Origin: Takakia lepidozioides
Lineage: Eukaryota > Plantae > Bryophyta
Direction of reading: 5' to 3'
DNA length: 64,000 nt
Assembly: GCA_030704615.1 (NCBI GenBank)
Contig: CM060732.1
Location: forward strand, 73,284,001 to 73,348,000
The notes beneath the pieces are model-generated. The model worked only from the letters and a program-made list of their open reading frames with translations. It did no database searches and was not told the DNA's origin. The first letter of the stretch is position 1; every line of letters starts with the position of its first letter. Positions 24,316-36,605 of the stretch are shown one piece after another. The position numbers and the translations under genes are program-made.

Positions 24316-27300
24316 TGAGTCATGGTTACTTTCCATGGAGATGGTGAAAAACACCACCTTGGTTTTTGAGTTGACCATTTCTGTTGAAAGAACCCAGAAA
24401 GTTGTTTTGTAAGTAATTACTGAAAAGTTGTGGTTGTTTCCATACTAAAAGCTGTGGCGATCACTTTGCACTTCAGTGCAACTCAGATTTTATCAGAAGT
24501 GCTAAGCAGCTTACTTGCGCGAGGAGTTGACTCCTAGACAATCCCTTGAACATAGTTGTTTTGGGCTGTTGTGGAGGGTCCCTCTCTCTTTTTCCTCGTG
24601 CCTTGCCATTTCATCTCCTTTCTTTTGTCCCATAAGCCCTTTAAGCTTTCCCCAGATGTACAAAGTACCATTTCATTTCTCCTCAAACACCACCTCCAAT
24701 GGGGGTGCACCAGAATTCACTGTGGGCCGCATGCTGGCAAATTCCAACTATCCAATCCGTCACAGGTTGCCCTGTCCTGCAACTAATTCTTCCTTAAATA
24801 TAGGGATGGATGGTGGTCACTGAAGATAGGAACTGCACTGAAGATAGGAACTGCGCTTTCTGCTTCCCATCTTTCCTGTTTTAAAGCTTCAGATGTCCTG
24901 CCCTGAGTAACGCACTTGAAATAGCAAAATGGGCTTGAAAGTCGAGACAAGAGGATGCCTCTTTATCCTCATTATCCTCAACTCTCTGTTAGCCTCGCTT
25001 CTCCTGCACAGCCTCCACATCCACAGCAATCCCTCATGCAAAAGGCTGCGATCAGTTGTGCCTTCCTTCAAGGCTCTGATGCCGTTGCACCCTTGGGACT
25101 GTAACTCTACACGGTGTAACTTGCACTCGGTCTTGAAATTTGACTAACTATAAAATGGACTTTGAGGAATTACAGAAGATACACTACTTAGTTGGCCTTA
25201 TTTCACAGCCCAGGATGAGCCATCCATCAGGAGTTGGATCCGGATTAAGAGGGGGTGGGGCGGATTTGACAAGGGAGCCCTCCGGAGGAGTAATCCTGCC
25301 AAAGTACCGTCAGATGGAACGCTTCCATGATCTTGAAAGCTATAGGTTCAGTACTGGTCTGATCTACGCTACAGCTTGGGTGAGTCAGATTCCTCTTCCG
25401 AGCATCGACAATGGAGGAGCTGGTTCAATTTCGACAGACTGGCACTTTTGGATGGGGTCAAGTAGTGGTTGCAATATTGGTGACAGTAGCAGTGATCTCA
25501 CTACTGACCAAACTGTGAGGGACATGCTTGTGAGACCTTCTTTGATTAACTGGGCGATGGAGAAGCAAGGGATTAAGAGCAATTCCGTCGAGTGTTAGTC
25601 AGTTTATCGGAGCTCCAAAAGCTGCACGAGGCGGCCTATTCTCGTGATCTCGATGGACCAACAAACCATGATATATTGTCGCGCACAAATCCATACTTGT
25701 CCAAGCTCCTAAAATTGTACAACGGTAATTTGAGGTTTGATCAATGTTTGAGTGTCTACCCTCTCTTTCTGTTGTCCACAGACTCTGTCCTGAGGCACTA
25801 TCCTTATGGCCCAAGAAAGCAAGCTTGCAAGATCAAACGAGTACATCTCTGCCTGCTTTCTTCCACACCCTTACAACACTGGTATTCAACAGCAACTACA
25901 AAGAACATTAAGGATAATTAATTGAAGTACGTGTACATGGAAGTAAGCTGACTGGTCAGTGACCTTTCTAAATTTTTGCTAGAGCTACATTTCCCTAATT
26001 AAGGAAATCCAAGGAGCCAGTTTCAAATCAACAGCACCCCATCCACTGGCGGTAGTTACAAGTGATGTACAATGGGTATTGCAGAAATGCCAGTCCCAAA
26101 GAGACACTCTAGAAATTATGACTGATGAATCCAATTAATTCACGTAGGCAGGACGATTTCCTTGACCTGCTCCTGATCAAGTGCTGTCAATCTTGCCTTT
26201 GGGCCCCAGAAGGACACTACTGCTTGGCCTGCAAGATGCCATGGGGTCAAGTACTGGGTCAATCAGAGGCGTGTGGTGGCCCCTACTTTTCACTCAGAAA
26301 AACTGACGGTACTCGACATTTTCTTTATTGGCTCCGCAGGGGAGAAGGTGCATGACTTTTGAGATAAACTTGTAACTTGAAGTTTCTTTGACAACCGGAA
26401 ATTCAGAACAGCGTAAGGACACAATGTTCACCCTAACCTTGGGGGCCCATGAAGAGCTTTCTACATTACCTGAACTACCTGTGTAACGATTAAATCATGA
26501 ATTTCAAGTGATTGCAAGTAATGACGCTCAGAGTTAAAGCTCAAAGGCTCTATGTCCAATGCAACAACATCTCAGCGGTGCTATTATCCAGCACCTGAAG
26601 TATCTTTTCTGTGGAGTGATCTTTGTCTCCCTCACTTCTAGGGGCAAGAATGCATTGAATCACCATGGCTCCGGTTGCACTTGAGTTTGCCTCCTTGTCA
26701 GATCAGCCCTGGGGGGTGGGCGGGTTTCTAGGTTCTTAGATTTTTGAGATCCCACTGGGTGTAGTCCAGGTAACCATTGGGGTGTAATCTCAAAACCCTC
26801 ACAACTGCTCTCACTTCTCACCTAGTGGAAAGGCCCTCTTTGGGCTGCCCGGCTTACTACCATATACAAAAACTTTCAGAGAAAACACCTTGAAAATTGG
26901 GATATAATAATGATTTAGTGGAGGATGGAAAAGAAAAAACCCTAGCAGTTTTTTATGGGCAACAATATCTCAGGTCCATATAAAAATCCCAAACATACAA
27001 GGTAGTTTGCAGTTCTTTTTATGGAGCACATTCTTCACCAACATGAGCGGCATGAGAGGGAAAAAACAGGGAAAATATTTCATGAGTGGGAATGTAATAC
27101 GCACATATGTAAACTGAAAGTGGAAGCTTATAAAATTGTTCTTACTATTTTATAGAACCCAGTAAGGAAGAGGCTCTTATTTATGCTAACTTCGATCGGT
27201 GTCATGCATATATATATATAGGTTGCTGAGCCCAAAAATCGATTGAAATTTTGCTGCAGGCTGAAACCATGGAATCTACAAAATGCTATGGTGTGTATGT

Positions 27301-27434
27301 GGAGTATGACGTGAGGGTGTTTTTTAGGCTGAAATCCGATGGAATTTGAAGGGGTAGATCTTATGTGCCCTAAATTTTCCTCTAAACCAATAACAAACAA
27401 AGGGTGGATAGAGAGGGGTGGGCAGCCAGTGCCC

Positions 27435-27782
27435 ATTCAGTTTGGTCGTTTAGGAATGCCCGTCGACACCTAGAGAAGTATACATAAAGAATAATAGCCA
27501 TGAGAACTGTGCAAGCCCATTAAGCAACCAAAAGCTAGTGAGGCAAGCAAACGAACGGAAAAAGCGACCAAGTGTGGGAAGCTATTTCGGACTATGTCCA
27601 AAAAGGAATTTCCAATAGTTGAGGGATGTGTGGGGGAGCAGAAGGAGCCCGTTACCCCCGGCAGACAACCTAAGCTCTGAGTTGGTCCAACTGCTACTTT
27701 ACGAGTTAGGTGCCGACCAAAGTGAGTAACTGTGACTTAAAGGGGGTTAACTGAAGTGAGCTGACACGTGGTATCAAGAGCC
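27435..27782 (+). mobile_element. Truncated LTR (3' half) of the same family as the 11.4-12.2 kb solo LTR, followed by a tRNA-iMet-type PBS
   Basis: Collinear similarity to the reverse complement of 11438-11790 (e.g. aaagcgaccaag, ggaatttcca, aagctctgagttgg, gagtaact.tgactt). Ends in TGACA at 27766, followed by TGGTATCAAGAGCC at 27769-27782. Confidence 0.8.
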
Positions 27783-28423
27783 AAGAGTTGAGCGCGCGTT
27801 TAAGTACTAACCGTGTTTGGCCGATTCTGCCCTGTAAGCGGCCTTTGGGCGAGCCCTATGGCCGCGCGGGCAGAGTACGGCCCGCGTTAAAAGCAGGTGT
27901 GGTGGATTCTCGCCACGCTACGTGGCGCAATATGATTGAGGTTCGATTATCCCATATGGATTGCCCAGATTCAGAGCAGCCCCTGAGAGGATATAAACGG
28001 GCGAGCCTCAGGGGAAGGCGGGCGGCTCGATGGTCACATGGGCCTCGGTGGTGGTAGGTCTGCCGTCCTCTGTGCGTAATCGGCCATCCCTGCCTTTTCT
28101 GCCCTGGGTGCCAATTCGGCCTGAGAATTAGGCCGAAAAAGTGGCAGAATCCGCCACACCTACTTTTAACGGCCTACCATGGGGCTTTTTAAGGGGCCTT
28201 GTAAAGAGTGACAGAAAAACAAATCGGACAAATAATATGAAATGTCCTGTTCTAATCAAATCCTATAAAATTGTTTGAGGCAACCATCAAAATCCAACTT
28301 AACCAGAGGGGTCATTCAATTAGTTGGAGCATTTCTGGGTTAATAGCTGAAACAATTATGCCATTTCAAATCTTAGTTCCCACAAATTCTAAGAAATTTG
28401 CTAACAGATTTTGCTTTCAAACC

Positions 28424-30010
28424 TTGTGGTTGTTCGGACTTGAGGTGACAGGAGTTAAAGCGGAAAGATAAAGATAAAGTTTATTACTTCCTTCTAGCAG
28501 TTACTTCTACCTCTCTGCAGTACTTTGCTTGGAATTGCACTATTTCTTCCAAAATAATTTGCATGAGGAACTTCCTGCAAATTCCTGGGCAGTCTTTCAC
28601 TGCACAGCATGTGGGCACTGGGCAGGTCCTGCGGACTTTAAATATAAGTCCTTTTCGATCCAGCCTTATCTTTGTAAGCCTGATTATAACTCACAAATAA
28701 GGATATTGATGCGTCAGTCCATAGAGGCTTCAAAGCTTCTGCATCAATAGATACTTTCATGACGGCCCGGTGGGTGAGGGGCTCTGGGTTTCAGTTCCAG
28801 CTCTGCTTGCACTCCAAAGAGAAGGTGGGTTTGGGTTTTTGGCAATCCTCTCAGGAATCCTTGACTTGGGGTGTTCTCTCACCAAGTTTAGGCGCCCGCA
28901 GTTGCATTTGGAAAACAGAGTAAGTATTCTCAGAATGCTAAGGGAGAAATACTAAATTACAATTATCTCTGTTGGATGTGTGTGTGATACTCTCTGGGCA
29001 GGGGATTTACAGTCTACATGCGATGTGCGCCACATGCCATGCTAGTCCTCCTCTTTATGGAGCGATTACAATCGACTGCCGATTATTTCAGAATCTACTC
29101 ATGTGATGAGTCATGGTTACCTGACTCCTTTAGGCAATATAATTATGGAGATTCTGAAAAATTCCACCTTGGGTTTTTGGAGTTGAACCTTTACGTCAGA
29201 ACCTGTATGTAATTACGGAAAGTTGTACAAGTTGTGTCCCTACCAAAACCTACTGCGATTACCTTGCATTCCGTTGCAACTTTTTTACCAGAAGTGCTTA
29301 AAGCAGCTCACCTGCATGAGGAGTTGACTCTAGTTTTTGGGGCTGCTTGTGGAGGGGCCCTCTCTTTCTCGTGTCTTGCCATAAGCTTATCATTTTCTGG
29401 TCCCATTGGTCAATGAGCTTTCCATGGACTTACTAAAGTGGGCTACCATTTCATTTAACTTCATTTCCACCTCCAGTAGGGGTGCACCAGAGTTCACTGT
29501 GGCCCGCTTGGTGGCAAATTCCAACTTTCCAATCTGTCACAGGTTGCCCTGTCCTGCAACTAATTCTTGCAGGATGGATGGCGGTCACTGAAGATAGGAA
29601 TTGCGCTTTCTGCTTCTCATCTTTCCTGTTTTAAAGCTTCTGTCCTGCTCTAAATAACGTACTTGAAATAGCATAATGGGCTCGAACATCGAGACAAGAT
29701 GACGCTTCTTCATCCTCAACTCTCGTCAGCCTCCCTCATCATGCAAAAGGCTGCGATCAGTTGTGCATTTTGTCGCCCTTCCTTGTCTTCAAGGCTCTGA
29801 CGTTAAAGAAACTTTATCCTTTATGATGCCGTTGGGACTGTAACTCTACTGGGTGTAACTTGCACTGAGTCTTGAAATTTGACCAAGTATAAAATGGACT
29901 TAGAGGAATTATAGAAGATACACTAGTTGGCATTACGCAGCCCAGGATGAGCCATCCATCAGGAGTTGATCCGGATTAAGAGGGGGTGGGGCGGATTTGA
30001 CAAGGGGTCC
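28424..30010 (+). pseudogene. Diverged direct duplicate of the carrier gene 3' end (last two exons, last intron and ~1 kb of downstream DNA)
   Basis: Collinear with ~23573-25275. ORF 29018 gives MRCAPHAMLVLLFMERLQSTADYFRI. The exon 9 copy is disrupted and the stop codon is changed. Confidence 0.9.
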
Positions 30011-31996
30011 CCGTCGGAGGAGCCCAAGCTGCGATCGGTTGTGCATTTTGTCGCCCTTCATGGCCTTCAAGGGGCGACTTTCCCTATAACTAAATAACAG
30101 TCTGCAAATGAAAATTGGGCCGCCCTTCACACTGAAGGGTCTGGAAAAAACCGCCCTGCATAAACAAGGGTGGTCAGAAAGCATACATGAGGATCCCATG
30201 GGCCAGAGGCATATAAGAAAGGCAAGAGCGGATGATAATTGTGGCACTCATCAGATCTGATGAAATGAATGAATAGTGCTTTGAAAATTGAATGATCAGA
30301 CAGAAGACCTGAACATGAGGAGTCAAAGACTCAAAGCTGCCTGCCCAAGAGAGTAGACAAGAACAACACAAAACAAGTCCTTGTGAAGTTGTATGAAAGA
30401 CCCACATGAGGTGACTGTACAAGAGTCAACAGGCCTCTGAATCATGTTGGATGGAAACAACAACCATGACAGAATACCATAAAACGATGATATAAGTAAA
30501 AGTTCTAGTATATTCAGGTCCCCCTGAATTAATTTCCATGAAGCATAATCATGATTCTATGTTTAATCGCAGGAAAAATTACCTCTTTCATGGTAACCTG
30601 GCATGCACAAGGCTCATGGGCCATCACCCAACTTCCAAAAGGGAAGGAAGGGGTAGAAGATGGTAACCCAACAAGGAAGGACGCTTCTTATTCAGTGAAG
30701 GGCAGTTCTGGAAATGATAGCCCACAAGCAGGCTTATCAGGCAGGCTCCCCTTCACCGACAGAGCATCTTAACTCTGGGCTATGGCCTTGGCAACTGCTA
30801 AAACCGCTTTTGTGGGTCCTCAAATGGTAGACGAGGACTATCTTAGTGCCAACTGATGAACCGATGATGCCCCTGCAAGTTAGCATCATCCGGCATCAGA
30901 TCGGGGATCGTCCCAGACCGCTTGGAAGAAATGGGAATGGAAGACGACGACCAAGAGCGATGGCGGTGACTTTGACACTAAGGTGTTGGAGAGTTGGTTA
31001 TCAGGACAGGCGCGCGAGAAAAAGCAAAAGGCCTGCAGATGCGGGATGTCCAACCCTCCCATTGGACCGATGGCAATCTATCCGTCTCTGCTTCTGACAA
31101 GCACCTACCTACACGCACACAGCATGCTCCGAATCTCCGCCATCGCTGCCTACGGCTGCGTTGCGATAGGTGTGTGGCCTACCGTCGGGTGAGCAAGAGG
31201 GAGAATCTTCCTGCACTGTTGGCAATGGAGCAGAGTGCTCTGACCTTGACGATTGCAAGTCAACTTGAGATTCCTGTGTAGCACCGTCAGAGACTTTGGA
31301 CTCTGGATAGAGTTTTAGGGTTTAGGGTCAGGTGTAAGGATTCTGGCTCTCGTAAATGCAACACGGACAACGTGTTGATTCGACCAGCATCTTTGGGCCG
31401 GGATTCTACACAACACAAGTAAGTAGGTTGTGATCGCTGGAAGATGAGCAACCAACATACCGGTGGGTATTCAAACCTCTTCCTACGATCGTGTGATAGC
31501 CGTGTTTGAAAAGGAATCAAAAGAGGCACCCAAAGGAAGATCCAGCATTAAAAGCAAACTGGACGTGGGTAGGAACTAGGAACTCTTGCCCCTTCCCAAC
31601 CCTAAGTGGCATTCTATCAATCATCGAAAGGAGGCCTCACGTCGCCGCTTCCGCAGTGCCATGGAGGATTGGACAATCGTGGTGAGTAGATTGCACAGCG
31701 CTGCTAAAATGGGTGCGCTACCATCCACCATCGTCACCATGATCACAGGTATCCAACATGATGGCCAATGTCAATCTCATATTGGACGCTACTTCATCAA
31801 TGCAAACCAGGATCTGAAGATCTGACCTCCCCACCTTATAACCTTGCAAACAGAATTTAGGGTTTCCCTAAATGTAGTATATAGCTACATTAGTATATGC
31901 TTTCTTCTCCCCCTTGGAGCCTTAGGGGTTACATAATTGGCAATGATTGGCATCCTGGAATGCACACCAATTGTAGTCCCCTCGAATTTTTCCTGA

Positions 31997-32153
31997 GGCC
32001 TCCCTCACCCCTTTCTAATTTTTTTTTGAGTCAGAAATCCTTTCTCTCTCACAGTGACTAAGTAAATGTGATCTTCAAGGGCCTCCCTCACCCCTTTCTA
32101 GTCTTTTTTTGAGTCACAGAAATCCTTTCTCTCTCCCAGTCACTAACTAAATG
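31997..32153. repeat. Tandem duplication, two units with ~83-bp period
   Basis: ggcctccctcacccctttcta...tttttgagtca..gaaatcctttctctctc.cagt.actaa.taaatg occurs twice. Confidence 0.85.
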
Positions 32154-33705
32154 GGCTACCTCTGCCTCTGCCTCTAGTGGGGTGGCTTCTCTGATATTTC
32201 AGGAGTGTCAGGGAGTGTGCAGCATTCTGGAGTGTTGCAACCAAGCGCACACTAACTTACAACCTGCAACCTGCACCAAAGGTACCAAAGCGAAGCAACC
32301 ATCTCAATCATTGCCACTCATCTTGGATGATTGTTAATGCTCACAGGCCTGGGGAATCGGGATGGTAGGCCAACAGTAATCTTCCCGTTTTCCGCGCCAA
32401 TTACACGGTTGTTGGTGTGGTGTCTTGCAGTGTTGGACAACAGACATGGGGGTGATGGTATGTATGCAATTTGCTCTCCCTGGCGTCCCAGTTTTCCTTG
32501 ACATGCTCATAATGAGACGGTGTCCCGTTCTGAAGCGGCCCTACCTTGGCAGCAGCTCCCCCAGGTGCGTCCCTAACAAACTGAACATGTGCTTGATCTG
32601 AACTCTCTTGAGGTCCTTATGGAATATGGATGCTTTTGGATATACCTAGGTACTTTGTCATTTCAACCCAAATCTTTATGAATCTTCATATTAACTATTA
32701 ACCACTTACATCTTCAACCTATAACTGCAATCGGTAATTCTGGCCCGGTACTATCCCATTCACCCTAAGGAAAAAAATAAAATTCTACCACTTCAGATTT
32801 GAAGACGGAAAAAATTCGAAGACAGTAGTGTTAGTGTAGCTGTAGTTATTTTTTTAAAATAGAAAAAGGAAGGAGCCCTTAAAATCCTAACTTTGAGCGG
32901 TGGGTCCGACTGGCCAACCCACTAGGAGTGCAAAAATGTTTATGCTCCAATGTTTTACTACTAGTATTTTATCCCAAGGTCAGAGTTACTAATCCAAACG
33001 TGCAGGATTGCCATCGGATCACCTACTTTTCACCTTTCTACTGACTAGGTGCTATGTAGGCCGCCCCAAGTGTCTACAGAAATGCGCACTTTTCCGGATT
33101 GAAGCAGACACCTGAGTATTTGAAGTAGAATTGGATTGAGTGGGATGGCTGGAACAAAATTGTAGACATGGAAACATTCTTGGCTGGCAGCAGGAATGAC
33201 AAAATTTCTCAGGCATTTTTTTGCAAAAATATTTAAAGGGAAACATGCGGGATCGCACCGCTCAAAAAAGATTCCCTTTAAAAAAAAATGAATATTGGAA
33301 AGTATGGTTTAGGTATGGCTTAGGTATCACAGAAAATAACAGAAATTTCAGGGGGACAGCTCCCCTTTCAGTTTTTTTGCTTTTTAATGAAAGTTCATTA
33401 GGATGCAAAGGCTAGCCATTTGTTGTACCAATTTTTTTAATTAAAAAATTATTGTTATTGAATGATCTGATTTATAACTTCTCTCAATTTGAGGTCACAA
33501 ATAATAATAATAATAATAAGCTTTGACAATTTGGTTTTTTCTTTGTATCCACATCAGGTTTTTGGAGATATCCATTCTGTGAATTCTTCATATTCATAAT
33601 CCTTACAGACCACCTGCACATTAAAAAATCAAACAATTGGACATCTCTATGTGTAGGCTCCACCCAACCCTGAAAGTGGCAATACTGAGGGGAAGAGAGT
33701 CTTAA

Positions 33706-34223
33706 CCCCTAAAGGACCACGCAATTCTCAATGTAGTCAAACTTCGATCTGTAGCTCTTGAATTTGAGAAAATTATTTTTTAAATATTTTTCATAGATGA
33801 ACCTATATGTTTACTATAAATCCAGAATTGTCTCATTAAAAGTGAAATATTATGATTTTCTTAAGCTTAATGTCTTCAAAAACTCATATCAATTACAATA
33901 AGTATCCAAAATTTATGAAAATTTTACCTTGGGTGTAAATCACAATGAAAACCACATTAGTGTATTTAAAAGTAAAAAAAAGTTCTTAAGTTGAAAAATT
34001 CGATAGAAAAACTATGCTGAAGAAAATTGCTAGAAAATGAATTGGTAATTGCTAGAAAAGATTCAGTAATTGGAATTTTGATGACTCATAAAGTGGAATA
34101 GAGACTAGACTTGATTATCTTTACTTTGTTAGTTCAACTCAAATGCAAAAAATATTGTTTTCAAAGTGTAAACTAAGTTTGACCAGAGAGAAGCCTCTGT
34201 TGGGCCTCTTGGGCATTTAGGGG
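33706..34223. mobile_element. Non-autonomous piggyBac-type MITE (518 bp)
   Basis: TTAA at 33702-33705 and 34224-34227. TIRs CCCCTAAAGGACCA and (rc) CCCCTAAATGCCCA match at 12/14. The interior is AT-rich and non-coding. Confidence 0.82.
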
Positions 34224-35383
34224 TTAACTTAATTAGCTGTCTTGGGCCAGCTTCATCTCTGTTCTCTACTTTATTGTGTTTCTCATTCAGCAAGTCTATC
34301 AAAAAATGGTCAAAAACTACAAAATAGAATGAATGTTTGTTTGTTTTTTCTGTTTTTCTTAAAGGGGCAGGAAACCCCAAAATTGCATTGAAAAGGTGAG
34401 GAAAAAACAACAAAGGCGACGAGGCAACAGCCCTAAATGTAGACATCAACTTACGTAGGATCACGCATAGACACTGTTTAGGGCAACTTCCTTTTTTATG
34501 ATTGATTCTTGAGGTGTCCATTGTCCACCTTCCTACCGGAGGGCAGTAGTCCTTGGGGGGTCAAGAAACACCATAATTTACGCTTCCTTTGGGAGGCGTC
34601 ATATATTACTATGATTGATTGATTCTCTTCTTTTTCCGATGGGTTCCTGCAGTAGTTATGATAGTTCTGTGGTTCAAACTATGAATAGTTCACTCGTAAT
34701 ACTCTGTTTGACTGATTTGTCCTACAAATCTTCTGTCGCTCCCAGGTTTCCTTTATTTTTATTTTTTTAAATTGAAATAAAATATGGAAACAATACTAGG
34801 AGAAAATATTAAATAAACAAATAAACAAATCCAATACCCATTGTAAATTTGCCATCTGGAAACCGACAATGGACAACCGCCTTCCGACATGCTGCCGTGT
34901 GGCATGTATTCCATTTTTTCCCAAATAAAATTGAAATGGCCAATTCAATCTCTCCCACCTCCGACCCCTGGGCGGTCCCTAGTGTTTCCCTTAAACAAAA
35001 AATCAACCCACTCACTCGGCCAATCCACACACCGAGGGAAACAAACGTTCTGCTGTGTCCTTTGGTTATAAAAATCCTTGGTCACATTTACGCATTTTTA
35101 ATACATCATTTTGATAGTTCACCTTTCAACTTGGCAAAGGCAAAGGCAAAGAAAAAACATCGACAATAGACAATACCCACAAAACACATTGCCGCCAAAC
35201 TTGTTGAGCACCCAAAGATTGTCGGTGACTAGCATTTTTGCCAGTCAACATCACATCAAGTTGGGAAAAAAATCAAGTCGGATTCGGGACCTGTGTGGCA
35301 AACATTCCAACGTGGGAACCTTTGCAAACAAACCCCCCTTCAAAAGCCTTAGATCCCGTAAAAATATCCCACCCTTCGCCGTT

Positions 35384-36460
35384 GACTGACCGACAAGCAT
35401 CACATCCGGCGCGCGAATTAGTAACACTATTTTGTTGGGGTTTTCCCCCTACTAGCTCAATGTTAATCAATCTATCATGCACACACCAACACACAGAAAA
35501 CCCATCCCATGGATCATCCCAGGGTTGGGAAGATGGATGAGGATGGATGGATGATGGATTCTGTTCAGGACGACCAACCGACAAGCATCACATCCACTGC
35601 GAGAATTAGTAACCCTATTTTGTTGCGGTTTTTCCCTACTCACTCAATGTTAATCAATCTATTATGCACACGCTAACACACAGAAAACCCATCACATGGA
35701 TGAAAGTGGGCATCCTGGGATTGGGAAGATGGATGAGGATGGATGGATGATGGATTCTGTTCAGGACGACTAACCGACAAGCATCACATCCACTGCGAGA
35801 ATTAGTAACACTATTTTGTTGCGGTTTTCCCCTACTCGCTCAATGTTAATCAATCTATCCCCAGAGTCCCAGGTGTTTCCCTTTTCAAAAACCTAAAAAC
35901 AAATAAAAAAAATAAAAAATCTATCATGCACACACCTTACACACAGAAAACCCATCGCATGGATGAAAGTGGGCGTCCCTAGGGTTGGGAAGATGGATGT
36001 GGATGGATGGATGATGGATTCTGTGCAGGACGACTGACTGACATGTGTTTTTAATTCTGGCAAATTTTCTCAATATTTTGATAGAATCTTCTGTTTTCCC
36101 TGTTTTCTCATGGATGAAATCGCCAAACTACTCCAAATAAAATATAAATTATGGATGAATTTGCCAAATATAGATGATAAAAATGGATAAAAGGACAGAG
36201 GATGATTCTATCTAAATTTCAATGGATGAACAGAAAATATGGCTATTTCTTGCAAAACTCAGTAGCCACTCCCAAATTTTAATAAAAAACCACATCGGCT
36301 GTGAGAATTACTAAGTTGGGTTTTTCCGCTGGATGTTAATCAATCTATTATGCACATGCCAACGAACGGAAAACCCATCCAATGGATGAAAGTAGGCAGA
36401 CTGGGATGATGGGGAAGATGAATGAGGTTGGACAGATGATGAATTCTGTCGAGCGCGACG
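35384..36460. repeat. Tandem array of ~190-200-bp units (three adjacent, plus a diverged fourth at ~36290-36460)
   Basis: Recurrent ccgacaagcatcacatcc...gaattagtaac...tgttaatcaatctat.atgcacac...gaaaacccatc...ggaagatggatgaggatggatggatgatggattctgt. Confidence 0.9.
35860..35917 (+). mobile_element. 58-bp retroposed stub (SINE/LINE-like 3' end with A-rich tail) inside the third repeat unit
   Basis: Flanked by duplicated AATCTATC (35852-35859 and 35918-35925) and ends in an A-rich tail. A related motif gtccc..gtgtttccctt plus A-run occurs at ~34966-35002. Confidence 0.6.
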
Positions 36461-36493
36461 ACTTTGGAATAAGATGATGAGCAGCGCGCACGG

Positions 36494-36605
36494 GTGTGTT
36501 TAGTGACGTGTGTTTAGTGACGTCGCACAGAGAGAGAGAAGAGCGAGAGAGAGATAGAGAGAGGGAGGCGAGGGAGGAGATCGCTGACTTCGATACAGAG
36601 AGATA
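36494..36605 (+). promoter_or_regulatory. Candidate upstream regulatory region of the RSL gene: duplicated TGACGT motifs and a GA-rich tract
   Basis: gtgtttagtgacgt occurs twice and is followed by (GA)n. It lies upstream of a CT-rich putative 5' leader and a donor-like GCAG|GTGCGT at ~37334. Confidence 0.35.

Noticed and set aside
25140-25921. ORFs of 152 and 109 aa downstream of the carrier gene
   Set aside because: No motifs, and non-ATG starts. The start of the region is duplicated at ~29880-30010 without the frame being preserved.
31310-31327. Telomere-like TTTAGGG pairs (also ~17502-17530, ~31856, ~46220)
   Set aside because: Only 1-2 units each, too short to call interstitial telomere or healed-break sites.
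35384-36460. Possible CRISPR-like array
   Set aside because: Whole ~190-bp units are repeated with no unique spacers, the context is eukaryotic, and there are no cas genes.
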